NCBI GenBank assembly: GCA_041937175.2
Contig: CP166615.1
Coordinates: 4,096,001-4,160,000 of the forward strand
Direction: 5' to 3'
Source: Limnothrix sp. BL-A-16
Lineage (GTDB): Bacteria > Cyanobacteriota > Cyanobacteriia > CACIAM-69d
Length of the DNA stretch: 64,000 nucleotides
The stretch's first letter is position 1; each line of letters begins with the position of its first letter. Made by a program: the position numbers and the translations under genes. The notes beneath the pieces were generated by a model. That model was not told the origin of the DNA, ran no database searches, and saw nothing but the letters and a program-made list of their open reading frames with translations. Below, piece by piece: positions 21,437 to 31,644 of the stretch.

Positions 21437-23058
21437 GACAATGCCATCCAAAACAGCACAACAGACGTTAAACTCATGGCCCCCACCAGGTGGTCAAATT
21501 CTTCGGCCACCTGAGGTAATTTCACAGTGCTTTGACGAATCACAACCCAATAGATCAGCCAGCCTGCGGCAATGGTGAAACCAGCTTTACTGGCACTATC
21601 GATCGTGTAAGCGGCCCCATAAAAACCATTGGCGAGTACCAAGCTGACGAGCAGTAAAGTCACTGCAATCCAAAGCCCAGAATTAGTAGTGGTGGCGGCT
21701 GCTTTGGGTTCCAAATAGGCGGCACTCGTGCCAGAAAAATCTAGGTTTTGGGTAGCCAAACCTGATGGAGCTAATGCTGAGCTAGCCATGGCGGCTATTT
21801 CGGGTTGCGGCAGAGCATGGGATGTGATTTGACCTGCCCCTTGGTCATTGCCGATCGCCTTGCCAAAGGATGGGAATCCATGGGGTTTGAGGAAGATGAA
21901 TTTCGCAAAGGAAATGGCTGTTCCGATCGCGGCTGCATTCATCAGCATGGTTTGCCAAGGTTGCAGTTCTTTCAGGGTTAAAGCCTTGGCTGCAAAACCA
22001 GCTAAAAGAGGCAACCCAGAAATCGACAAACTAGCTAGCAGCAAGCCAACCCAAAGGGTGCGATCGATCGTTTGGCTTTTTAAAACTTTGAAGTTGCGGC
22101 TGGGCAAAGAACCCGCCAATAGAAACAAACAAGACTTCACCAAGCCATGGGTAAGGGCATAGAAGCCACCCACCAAGGGCGCGGCCAAAACAAATCCCAA
22201 TTGCGAAATGGTGTGAAAGGCCAACATTCGTTTGGTGTCCTTTTCAAACATGGCGTAGCTAACCCCTAAAAGGGCTGTTGCGACCCCAAAGATTCGGACA
22301 ATTAAGTCCAAATCATCAGACACCAAAGCACAGCGCAACAGAGGTAAAATACTGGCTTTAATGGCGATTCCTGAAAGCAGGGCTGACACGGAAGTTTCTG
22401 ATTCTGAGTGGGTGAGCGGTAGCCACAAACCGGAGATAAAAACCCCACCTTTCACCAACAGTCCTAAAAAGATGAGGGCGATCGCCTCCGGCGGAGCCTT
22501 GGCAAGACCTGCCAGGGCAAAGGAATGTTGATGTTGATAAACGGAAACTGCCCCCACCAGGTAAAACAACATGGCAGCATTGCTAATGAAGAGATAGCGC
22601 AGGGCGACCCAAATGGAGCGATCGCTGCGGGGATAGGCAATTAGCAAAAAAGCTGCAATGCCGCTAACTTCCAGGGCAATATAAATGCTGACTAAATCAG
22701 CGCAAATAAAAGCCGCATTGAGGCTGCCATGGAGCATTAACAATTGGCTGTAGAAAAATGCTTTCTTGGGACTTTGCCAGGAGTAGCACAAGACTGCGAG
22801 GGTGACGATCGCATTGGTCAAAATGAAAAAAGCCGCCAGGGAATCGGCAACCAAAGTCACCCCAAAGCGATCCAAGAGGGTCAGCGGCAAGGGAGCATTG
22901 GCGGTGAACAGCAGCCCAGCGTAAACGGCTGAGGTGACGGCAACCAACAGGGACAAGACGCGATCGAGCTTGGGCAGCAGGGCAATCGTAAATCCCACCA
23001 TCAGGGAAAAAACAACCCAGCCAACGGTTAAAGGTTCCAAGGTAGAAGATGCAAGCAT
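21430..23058 (-). CDS. mrpD: Na+/H+ antiporter subunit D (NuoL/M/N-like)
   Basis: DLVSIYIALEV, LLVKGGVFISGLWLP, KRMLAFHTISQLG, HGLVKSCLFL, SISGLPLLAGF. Confidence 0.88.
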   Translation of the reverse strand: MLASSTLEPLTVGWVVFSLMVGFTIALLPKLDRVLSLLVAVTSAVYAGLLFTANAPLPLTLLDRFGVTLVADSLAAFFILTNAIVTLAVLCYSWQSPKKAFFYSQLLMLHGSLNAAFICADLVSIYIALEVSGIAAFLLIAYPRSDRSIWVALRYLFISNAAMLFYLVGAVSVYQHQHSFALAGLAKAPPEAIALIFLGLLVKGGVFISGLWLPLTHSESETSVSALLSGIAIKASILPLLRCALVSDDLDLIVRIFGVATALLGVSYAMFEKDTKRMLAFHTISQLGFVLAAPLVGGFYALTHGLVKSCLFLLAGSLPSRNFKVLKSQTIDRTLWVGLLLASLSISGLPLLAGFAAKALTLKELQPWQTMLMNAAAIGTAISFAKFIFLKPHGFPSFGKAIGNDQGAGQITSHALPQPEIAAMASSALAPSGLATQNLDFSGTSAAYLEPKAAATTTNSGLWIAVTLLLVSLVLANGFYGAAYTIDSASKAGFTIAAGWLIYWVVIRQSTVKLPQVAEEFDHLVGAMSLTSVVLFWMALSW

Positions 23059-23477
23059 GGTGGCTTCTGGGGGTGGTGAATGAGCCAGCAGTGGGCTATC
23101 AGCGACTCGATCCAGGGCGGGGCTAGCTCAGGACGCGATCGCATCCTGAACCATTGTTGAGCCATTTGGGATGCTGAGAATTGACGGAGTTTGGGCGGGC
23201 AACGCCGCTCAACTCAGCAAGCATTTGTGGAATGATGAATGGTCAACGGAACAGTTAACTAAGGGATAGATTCAGACTTAACTCAAAGTTAATTTGCACT
23301 TAAACCTGAATCCATAAACGACTCAATCAAGAGTTATGAAATCAGAACCAACTCAAATGAGTCAATCGGGACTAATTTCAACAGAGTTAACTTTTCAACG
23401 GAGTTAATCGAAAATTAATTGCCAGTTGACCTGAGCGCATTCCTCACTGAGAGCCAATTGGAAAATCAGCGAACTGC

Positions 23478-23816
23478 CTATCGCTGATTATTTTTCTCAA
23501 TTTCAGCCGTTTCCAGGGTTGGATTATCCCGCGCTAACTTCATCACACCTACCAGCATCAGCGCTTGGATGGAAAAGCCAATCACGATCGCTGTCAGAAT
23601 CACCGCTTGGGGTACTGGATCCGCATAAGTCACATCACGGGGAGGTGATTGCAAAATGGGTGTAAATAGACCCGATCGCGCCGCTATGAGCACATAATAG
23701 GCAATAACACCTGTGCTCATCACATCCATTGAGACAATTTTCATGACTAGATTTTTCTTCAAAATCATGCCGAAAAATCCTAATAAAATAGTGGCAAAAA
23801 CAAATCCTTCTAACAT
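23478..23816 (-). CDS. mrpC: Na+/H+ antiporter subunit C
   Basis: KKNLVMKI and ADPVPQAVILTAIVIG. Confidence 0.92.
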   Translation of the reverse strand: MLEGFVFATILLGFFGMILKKNLVMKIVSMDVMSTGVIAYYVLIAARSGLFTPILQSPPRDVTYADPVPQAVILTAIVIGFSIQALMLVGVMKLARDNPTLETAEIEKNNQR

Positions 23817-24240
23817 GGCTAGTTACTCTATGGCGAAAGGCATTTGAATCAACAACTCTGGAAATAAATCAACGTAATGAAAAATTGCCTAGGGCAGACT
23901 GATTAGCACAAGGGGCACAAATTGCTTATACAGAACAATTTGATCCTATTTTGACGAAATGCTTAGACAGAGAATTCAAAAATGGTCAGGCTGATGCGAA
24001 ACTGCTAAGGCCCATCTAGCCCATTGGATGAGTGTGTTGCTGTCACCAGATAATTCAATTACTCTTTTTTAGTACTGATTTAACGACTATACTATGGAGC
24101 GCTTGAGGATTGATCGCCTTGGTCAATTAGAGACTGACATAAAAACTTAATTGTTTGATTGAATTTTCCTATTTGAATCTGAACCGATGGGTGCTGTTTG
24201 GAAAGGAGCAGGGACAGGAAGCACGCAACCGCAATCAATA

Positions 24241-24279
24241 GGGCGATCGAGTGGCCCATTGCAGCCTGCTCGATCGCCC
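24241..24279. terminator. Hairpin downstream of the natB-like gene
   Basis: 11-bp stem GGGCGATCGAG...CTCGATCGCCC built from HIP1-like arms. Confidence 0.45.
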
Positions 24280-24351
24280 CGGTGGCACTGAGTGCCGAAT
24301 ATTATGAAGTTTGATGAAGCTTGATTGGGTGCGACGGAATTCGATCGCCCC

Positions 24352-25707
24352 CTATTGCAACTTCACCTTGCCCTTAATCGAAATCTTGCCGTCACTCTCC
24401 ACATTCCAAACGTCGTAGTTCCCCACCACGTCGCCGTTCTCATCAATGTCCACGTTGCCGCTTGCGCCCTGGTAGTTAATCTTCTTGCCCGCCTTCAGCA
24501 ACTCCAGCCCCTTGCAGACATCGGTAACCGCTTCCCCGTCGCCGCTCGACACTTCCCGAATTTTGCTTTGGATGCCTGTGCCCGTGTTTTCGCCGGCCGC
24601 TTGGGCTGCCAAGGCCATCAACATCACCGCATCCCAGGTTTGGGGCACAAAAGCGGCGGGGGCTTTGTTCAGCTTCCGTTGCACCAACTCTGTCAGGGCC
24701 GTGAGGCTTTCGCCGTCGGCTCCGGGCACTGTCCCGATCGCCCCGGCCACAATCGGTTTTCCATCGGATCCCATCCCCACCTGTTTGGCCAGGTCGTCGG
24801 TCTTCATGCCGTCCGTCAGCATGATTTGCACCCCCTTGCTCAGGCCTTGCTCATAGGCCGCCTTCAGCAACAGGGCCCCACTTTCCACATAAAGAATCGC
24901 CGCCACCGCGTCGGGTTTTTGGCTGAAGGCCGCGTTCACTTCCGATTCAAAGGTGGCCGCCTTGGGGTCGTAGCGGGTGGGTTTGGCCTCATTCACCACC
25001 GTGCCGCCCAGTTTTTTGAACGCCGCGATGAATTTTTGCTCAAATCCCACGCCGTAATCGTTATTAATCACGATCGTGGAAACCCGCTTGTGGCCCCGCT
25101 CAAAGGCTAGCTTGGCCAACGCTTCGGCCTGGTAGGTATCCGGCGGAGCCGTCCGGGCCCAAAATCCTTGAAATTCACCCTTTTTCGCCCGTTCCGTGAA
25201 TACGGGGCTGGTGCTGCCGGGCGAAATCATCATCACCTTGTTGCGCACGGCCACATCCACCGCAGCGCCGGAAACACTGCTGGCAAAGGAGCCAACTACC
25301 CCGGCCACCTTGTCCACTTCCACCAGCTTGGTCATCCCTTCCACGCCCACGGTCGGATCCGTTTGGTCATCGGCCAGCACCAGGCTCACGGGTTTGCCGT
25401 TTACGCCTCCGCAGGCGTTAATCGTTTCCACGGCCAGGGGCAAAACTTCGGACATGGGCTGCCCGATCGACTGTAAATCGCCTGTGGTGGGCAACAGGGC
25501 CCCCAACTTCAGCCCATCGGCAGGCGCGGCGGCTTCCGGACTGCCTCCGGCGGGGGATGCGTTGGGCTGTCCGGCACAGGCTCCGAGCAAACTGGTCAAG
25601 GCCGCCACGGCCATCAGGGCTGGCCAGGTGCGACGCGGCTGTCTGGCTCGCGAGGTCAATTGTGGTTTCATGGGGTCGTGATGCTCGGGCATCGCAGTCA
25701 TGGTCAT
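24352..25707 (-). CDS. Amino-acid ABC transporter substrate-binding lipoprotein (LivJ/NatB-like)
   Basis: Lipobox LLGAC, LGALLPTTG, GSFASSVS, ISPGSTSP, ARTAPPD, YQGASG. Confidence 0.88.
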   Translation of the reverse strand: MTMTAMPEHHDPMKPQLTSRARQPRRTWPALMAVAALTSLLGACAGQPNASPAGGSPEAAAPADGLKLGALLPTTGDLQSIGQPMSEVLPLAVETINACGGVNGKPVSLVLADDQTDPTVGVEGMTKLVEVDKVAGVVGSFASSVSGAAVDVAVRNKVMMISPGSTSPVFTERAKKGEFQGFWARTAPPDTYQAEALAKLAFERGHKRVSTIVINNDYGVGFEQKFIAAFKKLGGTVVNEAKPTRYDPKAATFESEVNAAFSQKPDAVAAILYVESGALLLKAAYEQGLSKGVQIMLTDGMKTDDLAKQVGMGSDGKPIVAGAIGTVPGADGESLTALTELVQRKLNKAPAAFVPQTWDAVMLMALAAQAAGENTGTGIQSKIREVSSGDGEAVTDVCKGLELLKAGKKINYQGASGNVDIDENGDVVGNYDVWNVESDGKISIKGKVKLQ

Positions 25708-25877
25708 TCACTCCTCAAGAATTGGAAAACCCAATGCGGCCTAGTCTTAGCCCGTTCTGGCTCGATCGAGCAAATCGATCGCCCAGGAGCCTCGGCCCTG
25801 AGTTTGCTCCTGGGTTGATCAGACTGGTTGATCAGATGGGTTGATCAAATCAGGGGCCGGTCTGAAGCCCGGGTGGA

Positions 25878-25995
25878 TCTAATCTCTCAATCTAATATTC
25901 AAATTCCATCTCTGAAACTGATCTCTAGACCTAATCTCTAGAATTCGTCTCTAGAACCCATCCCTAGACCTAATCTCTAGAATTCATCTTTGAAA
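25878..25995. repeat. Degenerate 12-13-bp tandem repeats (CTAATCTCTAGA-like)
   Basis: CTAGACCTAATCTCTAGAATTC occurs twice, with further variants. Confidence 0.7.
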
Positions 25996-26039
25996 TCCAT
26001 GAGTCTTCAATTTGCCTATGAATTTCATAATCGCCCGCG

Positions 26040-26175
26040 AGGGATATCTGAAAAGTATCTTTGGAGACTGGCAAAGCACCCATAAGCGTGGATGCAAGGC
26101 ATTTCAGCCCTTTACCTGTGTCGATCGACCACGGATCAATTCTGGCTTTTCAGATTTGGCTTTTCGGGGATCCGC
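26040..26175. mobile_element. Degenerate copy of MITE shell A
   Basis: GGGATATCTGAAAAGTATCTTT matches the left end of the 14259 element, AATTCTGGCTTTTCAGA matches its right end, and the central palindrome is decayed. Confidence 0.55.
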
Positions 26176-26292
26176 TCAAGCCGATAGATTTTTAAAAATA
26201 TCTGTGACTGATGACTATTTTAATCGGGGTTAAACAGTCGCTGGCAGCCGTGATTGAAGCGATGCAAACTCTGATGCAAAGCCTGTTCAGAA

Positions 26293-26382
26293 CGGAGAGA
26301 GAGGGATTCGAACCCTCGGAGAGTCTAAACGACCCTCAACAGATTAGCAATCTGCCGCTTTCGACCACTCAGCCATCTCTCC
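26293..26382 (-). tRNA. tRNA-Ser(GCT)
   Basis: GGAGAGATGGCTGAGTGGTCGAAAGCGGCAGATTGCTAATCTG...GGTTCGAATCCCTCTCTCTCCG. Long variable arm, anticodon GCT, CCA not encoded. Confidence 0.96.
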
Positions 26383-26412
26383 AGAAGGCGCTGTGTTGAC
26401 AACGCGAGCTAC

Positions 26413-26442
26413 ATAGTAGCAGAGTTTTTTTGATTCTGTGAA
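26413..26442 (-). promoter_or_regulatory. Probable sigma70-type promoter of tRNA-Ser
   Basis: Minus strand TTCACA-N18-TACTAT with a TG extension, about 30 bp upstream of the tRNA. Confidence 0.5.
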
Positions 26443-26603
26443 GGGTTTTGGGAACAGTTTCAATTTTTTTGTTTTCAGGGAGCCATGACCAGCGGCGATC
26501 GCCCGATCGCGTTGAGTTCAGTTTCGGGGCGCGGTGTTCTCAGCGGTGGTCTCAAAGGATTGCTTGTGGGGGCGATCGGGCGATTCGTCCCCTCGGCGGT
26601 TTG

Positions 26604-26639
26604 TGTAAAAGTTAAGGAATATGTAAAAGTTAAGGAATA
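26604..26639. repeat. Perfect 18-bp tandem duplication upstream of labA
   Basis: TGTAAAAGTTAAGGAATA x2. Confidence 0.85.
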
Positions 26640-26826
26640 TTATGAAGTGCTAGGCTCAAATTAGGCAGCTCACGGCGCGATCGCTCCCGCTGTATCGGGG
26701 TCTCAAGCATCAGCCAACCCTAACCCTCAGCCAGCCCCTTCGTTAGACCAAGCTGCCATACGCTAGCGTCTAAATCCCTAAACACTTCTCAAAACATCTG
26801 AATCAACCAGCTAGGCTTCCTTCTCT

Positions 26827-27345
26827 ATGACAATTAATACCGCCCGTCTATCCATTTTTGTGGATGGCAACAATATGTTTTATGCCCAGCAAAAGAATGG
26901 CTGGTTTTTCGATCCTCGGCGGGTTCTTGAATATTTCACCGAACCAGCTAATGTTCAATTGATTAATGCCTTTTGGTATACGGGGCTGAAGGATCCTCAG
27001 GATCAACGAGGATTTCGGGATGCATTGATTAATCTGGGCTACACGGTTCGCACCAAACTGCTGAAGGAATATTACGACGATAAATCCGAGCGCTATTCCC
27101 AAAAGGCGAACCTGGACATTGAAATCGTGATTGATATGTTTAACACGGTTGATCAATATGATGCGGTGGTGTTGTTCAGTGGCGATGGGGACTTTGAGCG
27201 GGCGATCGAGCTGTTGCGCTCCAAAAACACCCACATCACCGTGGTTTCCACCGAAGGCATGATTGCCCGCGAGCTGCGCAATGCGACCGATCGCTACATT
27301 GACCTCAACGACATCCGCCGCAAAATCGAAAAGTCAGATTATTAG
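26827..27345 (+). CDS. labA: NYN-domain LabA-family protein
   Basis: IFVDGNNMFYAQ, KANLDIEIVIDM, LFSGDGDFERA, ELRNATDRYIDL. Confidence 0.88.
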   Translation: MTINTARLSIFVDGNNMFYAQQKNGWFFDPRRVLEYFTEPANVQLINAFWYTGLKDPQDQRGFRDALINLGYTVRTKLLKEYYDDKSERYSQKANLDIEIVIDMFNTVDQYDAVVLFSGDGDFERAIELLRSKNTHITVVSTEGMIARELRNATDRYIDLNDIRRKIEKSDY

Positions 27346-27491
27346 AGGATTGACGGTCAGCCAGGGATCGCAATTCATGGATCAATCGATCAATTGCGCC
27401 AACTGCTCCAGACAAGGGGCTTAAGCCCCTTGTCCCCCGCGATCCGCTAACGGCAAATCTAGGGTTTCGGGCGATTTGATGACACCCCCTG
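27346..27491. mobile_element. Degenerate MITE shell B with intact palindrome
   Basis: ACAAGGGGCTTAAGCCCCTTGTCCCCCGCGATCCGCTAACGG at 27412, right end GATGACACCCCCT. The left end is poorly defined. Confidence 0.55.
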
Positions 27492-27701
27492 ATCCCCTTG
27501 TCCCCTGAATTTGGGCTGTGAGGTGGCATCAGGGCCGAATGGTGAATCATCCCGATCGCCCCTTGCGCGATCGGCAGCCAAAATCGTTAGAATAAACCCC
27601 ATGGGCGCAACCTAAATTTAGCGTTGCGCTTTTGCATTTTTGGTTGTCCCCTATGAAAAGTTGTCCGCATTGGTCGCGGCCGATTCCTCGGAGGTAATTT
27701 C

Positions 27702-29333
27702 ATGACCGCTCAGTCTGCTGGCCCGGTAATCAATCCCGATCGCGTTTTGATTTTTGACACCACCCTGCGCGATGGCGAACAGTCGCCCGGCGCATCGCTG
27801 AACGTCGAAGAAAAGCTAACGATCGCCCGCCAGCTAGCTCGACTGCAAGTGGACATCATCGAAGCCGGCTTTCCCTTCTCCAGTCCCGGGGACTTCGATG
27901 CCGTCCAGCGGATTGCCGCCGAAGTGGGAACCCCCAACGGCCCGACCATTTGCGGCTTGGCCCGTGCCCGCAAGGAAGACATTCAAACGGCGGCCGCAGC
28001 CCTGAAGGAAGCGGCGAAGTGGCGGATCCACACCTTCATCGCCACCTCCGACATCCACATGAAGTACAAGCTCAAAAAAGAGCGGCCGGAAGTGGTGGCG
28101 ATCGCCGAAGAAATGGTGGCCTACGCCAAGAGCTTCACCAATGATGTGGAGTTTTCGCCGGAGGATGCGGGTCGCAGCGATCCGGAATTCCTCTATGAAG
28201 TGCTGGAACGGGCGATCGCCGCTGGAGCCACCACGGTGAACATCCCCGACACCGTGGGCTACACCACACCCGATGAATTCGGTGCGCTGATTCGCGGTAT
28301 CAAGGAAAATGTGCCGAACATCGATCAGGCGGTGATTTCCGTCCATGGCCACAACGACTTGGGCTTGGCGGTGGCCAACTTCCTGGCGGCGGTGCAAAAC
28401 GGCGCGCGTCAGTTGGAATGCACCCTGAACGGCATTGGCGAACGAGCCGGGAATGCGTCCCTAGAAGAACTGGTGATGGCGCTGCATGTGCGGCGATCGT
28501 TCTATAACCCGTTCTTTGGCCGTGCGCCAGAATCGGAAGAACCCTTGACCGGTGTGAACCTGAAGGAGATCTACCGCACCTCGCGGATGGTCTCGCAACT
28601 GACGGGGATGATCGTGCAACCGAACAAGGCGATCGTCGGGGCCAATGCCTTCTCGCACCAATCGGGCATCCACCAGGACGGGATGCTCAAGAACAAGCTG
28701 ACCTACGAAATCATCGATGCCCAAACGATCGGGCGGACGGAAAACCAAATCGTCCTCGGCAAGCTGTCGGGCCGCAACGCCTTCGCCACGCGCCTGAAGG
28801 AGTTGGGTTTTGATCTGACCGAAACGGAATTGAACAAGGCCTTCGTGCGGTTCAAGGACGTGGCGGACAAGAAAAAGGAAGTGAGCGATCGGGATTTGGA
28901 AGCGATCGTCAACGACGAAATTCGCCAAGTGCCGGAACTCTACCGCCTGGAGCATGTTCAGGTGTCCTGCGGTGACAAGTCCTGCCCCACGGCCACGGTC
29001 ACGGTGCGGATGCCCGATGGGAGCGATCGCACCGATGCGGCCACCGGCACGGGCCCCGTGGATGCGGTTTACCGTGCCATCAGCCGGATCGCCCAAATCG
29101 ACAACGACTTGATCGAGTTCTCCGTCCAATCCGTCACCGAAGGGATCGACGCGATGGGCGAAGTCACGATCCGGATTCGTCACGCCGACACGGTGTTTTC
29201 GGGCCACTCGGCCAACACTGATATCGTGGTGGCTTCTGCCCAAGCCTATGTCAGTGCCCTCAACCGGTTGGCGGCGGCCCTGCAAACGGAAGGGAAGCGC
29301 AACCCCCAAACGGAAACGGTCTCGATCGGGTAA
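27702..29333 (+). CDS. leuA: 2-isopropylmalate synthase
   Basis: [38 protein letters not shown], regulatory domain GPVDA. SD GGAGG upstream. Confidence 0.96.
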   Translation: MTAQSAGPVINPDRVLIFDTTLRDGEQSPGASLNVEEKLTIARQLARLQVDIIEAGFPFSSPGDFDAVQRIAAEVGTPNGPTICGLARARKEDIQTAAAALKEAAKWRIHTFIATSDIHMKYKLKKERPEVVAIAEEMVAYAKSFTNDVEFSPEDAGRSDPEFLYEVLERAIAAGATTVNIPDTVGYTTPDEFGALIRGIKENVPNIDQAVISVHGHNDLGLAVANFLAAVQNGARQLECTLNGIGERAGNASLEELVMALHVRRSFYNPFFGRAPESEEPLTGVNLKEIYRTSRMVSQLTGMIVQPNKAIVGANAFSHQSGIHQDGMLKNKLTYEIIDAQTIGRTENQIVLGKLSGRNAFATRLKELGFDLTETELNKAFVRFKDVADKKKEVSDRDLEAIVNDEIRQVPELYRLEHVQVSCGDKSCPTATVTVRMPDGSDRTDAATGTGPVDAVYRAISRIAQIDNDLIEFSVQSVTEGIDAMGEVTIRIRHADTVFSGHSANTDIVVASAQAYVSALNRLAAALQTEGKRNPQTETVSIG

Positions 29334-29424
29334 ATTTCGCCCCATGAGTCCCTAATTTCCTAAATGGGGGCGATCTTGGGGCGATCGCTTGGGGGGCAGG
29401 TTCAGCGCCTGACCCCCGATCAAA

Positions 29425-29466
29425 CCAAAAGAAAAAACGAGGATACCGCTAGGGTTCCCTCGTGTT
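29425..29466 (-). terminator. Intrinsic terminator after the sulfur-carrier gene
   Basis: Minus strand ACGAGGGAACC-loop-GGTATCCTCGT followed by TTTTTCTTTT. Confidence 0.6.
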
Positions 29467-29611
29467 GCCGCAAATTTAGTGAAGTCTATCGGATCCCGAT
29501 CGCCCCGATTGATGCGCTAGGGCGATCGCCCGACTTTCTCCAAAGACTGAAAAAACTGAAAAACTGGGAAGCTGCTAACGGGGATTCCGAGGCATCAACC
29601 GCAACCTTGGT

Positions 29612-29887
29612 TCAACCGCCCGCGACGGCCGGCACGATGCTCACCTCATCGCCGTCGGCCAGGCTGGTGGCTTGGCCATCCAGGAAGCGGATGTCTTCGC
29701 TGTTCACGTAGACATTCAGGAAGCGGCGAAGTTTGCCTTCATCGTCGCAAATACGCGCCTTGATGCCGGGGCAGCTCACTTCCAGGGAATCGATCATTGC
29801 GTCGATCGTGTCGCCGCTGCATTCGATTTCGGCCCGATCCTCGGTGAATTTTTGCAGCGGGGTGGGAATCAAAACTTTAATGGCCAT
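29612..29887 (-). CDS. MoaD/ThiS/CysO-family ubiquitin-like sulfur carrier protein
   Basis: 91 aa; [22 protein letters not shown]-terminal PAVAGG. Confidence 0.92.
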   Translation of the reverse strand: MAIKVLIPTPLQKFTEDRAEIECSGDTIDAMIDSLEVSCPGIKARICDDEGKLRRFLNVYVNSEDIRFLDGQATSLADGDEVSIVPAVAGG

Positions 29888-30198
29888 GGTCGTGCAGATT
29901 CAGAAACTCAGAACAACGCAAAACAAGACAAGCGATCAAATCAGCAATCAAATCAGCAATCGAATCGTGATTGCGAATCAGGATTGAAAACAATCCAAGC
30001 AAACCCACAAACAGCAGGTATGAACAGCCCGGGATTGGCCCTAACCTCAATCCAGTGGGGTGAGGGCCGCCGCCACTCAGGCCGGCCCGCTCAGGGAGCA
30101 CGCTCCCCATGCGCAAGGGCCATGGGCGCGTGATCACCTCCCGCGCGGTGAGGGTGATTCACGGTTTGGGTTGTGAATCACCCGGTCTTGGGAAATCC

Positions 30199-31551
30199 CT
30201 AGACCAAAACCTGTTGCCACTCCAGGCGATCGAGCGTGCGGGCCCGATCCCAAGCGCGCTCAAAGCTATCCAACTTCGGATCAATCTCCAACGGTTGACC
30301 CGCGTGGCTTTGAACCGCTTCTTGGGTTTTCAGGCCGTTGCCGGTGATGTAAACCACCGTGGTTTCGTCGGGGTTAATCTTGCCCGCTTCCACCAATTTC
30401 TTCAAGACGGCGATCGTCGTACCGCCAGCGGTTTCCGTGAAGATGCCTTCGGTTTCCGCCAGCAGCTTGATGCCTTCCACGATTTCTTCGTCGGTGGCGG
30501 TGTCGATGTGGCCGCCGGTTTTGCGGGCTTGCTCCACCGCATAGATCCCATCAGCGGGGTTCCCGATCGCGATCGACTTGGCGATCGTGTTGGGCTTCAC
30601 GGGGGCAATAAAGTCCCGCTCTTCCTTGAAGGCCGTGGCGATCGGGTTGCAACCCTCCGCCTGGGCCCCGCTACACTTCACGGGCTTCGATTCCACCAGG
30701 CCCGTGGCGATCAGCTCCTGGAAGCCCTTGTGGATTTTCGTGAACAGGGAGCCAGAAGCCAAGGGAGCCACAATGTGATCCGGCAGTTGCCAGCCCAACT
30801 GTTCCGCCACCTCAAAGCCCAAGGTCTTGGAGCCTTCGGAGTAGTAAGGACGCAAGTTGATGTTCACGAAGCCCCAGCCGTAGCTGTTGGCCACTTCCGA
30901 GCAAAGGCGGTTCACTTGGTCATAGTTACCGCGCACCGCCATCACGGTGGGGTTATAGATCAACGTGCCCAACACCTTGCCCGATTCCAGGTCAGCGGGA
31001 ATGAACACGCAGCATTCCAAACCCGCGTGGGCCGCGATCGCCGCCGTGGAGTTAGCCAAGTTGCCGGTGCTGGCGCAGGAAACCGTGGTGAAGCCCAGCT
31101 CGCGAGCACGGGTCAGGGCCACGGACACCACCCGATCCTTGAAGCTCAAGGTGGGCATGTTCACCGCGTCGTTCTTGATATAGAGGTTCTTGAGACCCAA
31201 ACGACGAGCCAGGCGGTTAGCCTTCAGGAGGGGAGTCATGCCTGTGCCCACGTCGATCGGGTCGCTGCCGACGGGCAGAAAATCTTTGTAGCGCCAGATG
31301 GAGTTCGGGCCGGCCGCGATCTTTTCGCGCGATACGTTACGGGCGATCGCCTCGTAGTCATACTTCACTTCCAGCGGGCCAAAGCACAACTCGCACACGT
31401 GCATGGCGGTGGCTTCGTATTCAGCACCACATTCTTTGCACTTCAGGTGCGTAAAGTGGCCGCTGTGGCTATGGTGGCCATCGGCTGGGTGGGCGTGCTG
31501 GTGATCGGGCGATTCGGTGGCGGTGCGGCGGGTGTCGAGAACTCCAGTCAT
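30199..31551 (-). CDS. Threonine-synthase-like fold-type II PLP enzyme with N-terminal Zn ribbon (candidate sulfur-carrier-dependent homocysteine synthase)
   Basis: CKECG...CELCFGPL, PTLSFKDR (PLP lysine), CASTGNLANS, ETAGG, ITGNGLKT. ATG at 31551 with AGGAG upstream. Confidence 0.85.
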   Translation of the reverse strand: MTGVLDTRRTATESPDHQHAHPADGHHSHSGHFTHLKCKECGAEYEATAMHVCELCFGPLEVKYDYEAIARNVSREKIAAGPNSIWRYKDFLPVGSDPIDVGTGMTPLLKANRLARRLGLKNLYIKNDAVNMPTLSFKDRVVSVALTRARELGFTTVSCASTGNLANSTAAIAAHAGLECCVFIPADLESGKVLGTLIYNPTVMAVRGNYDQVNRLCSEVANSYGWGFVNINLRPYYSEGSKTLGFEVAEQLGWQLPDHIVAPLASGSLFTKIHKGFQELIATGLVESKPVKCSGAQAEGCNPIATAFKEERDFIAPVKPNTIAKSIAIGNPADGIYAVEQARKTGGHIDTATDEEIVEGIKLLAETEGIFTETAGGTTIAVLKKLVEAGKINPDETTVVYITGNGLKTQEAVQSHAGQPLEIDPKLDSFERAWDRARTLDRLEWQQVLV

Positions 31552-31615
31552 GGGGCGGTTTCGCTCCTGTTTTGCGGCAACGGGATTAGGGAGTATCCCA
31601 TCGAATGCAGAAAGC

Positions 31616-31629
31616 GTATCACGGGTTAC
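31616..31629. promoter_or_regulatory. NtcA-like box
   Basis: GTATCACGGGTTAC(A) fits GTA-N8-TAC. Confidence 0.45.
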
Positions 31630-31644
31630 AAGGGGGGTGCAAAC

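Noticed and set aside
26040..26382. Genomic island integrated at tRNA-Ser
   Set aside because: No integrase and no duplicated tRNA 3' end seen; flanking genes are core.
5574..31551. A single sulfur-metabolism supercluster (cysE, ovoA-like/egtD, ThrC-like/carrier)
   Set aside because: The loci are more than 9 kb apart, separated by unrelated genes, and no shared operator was seen.
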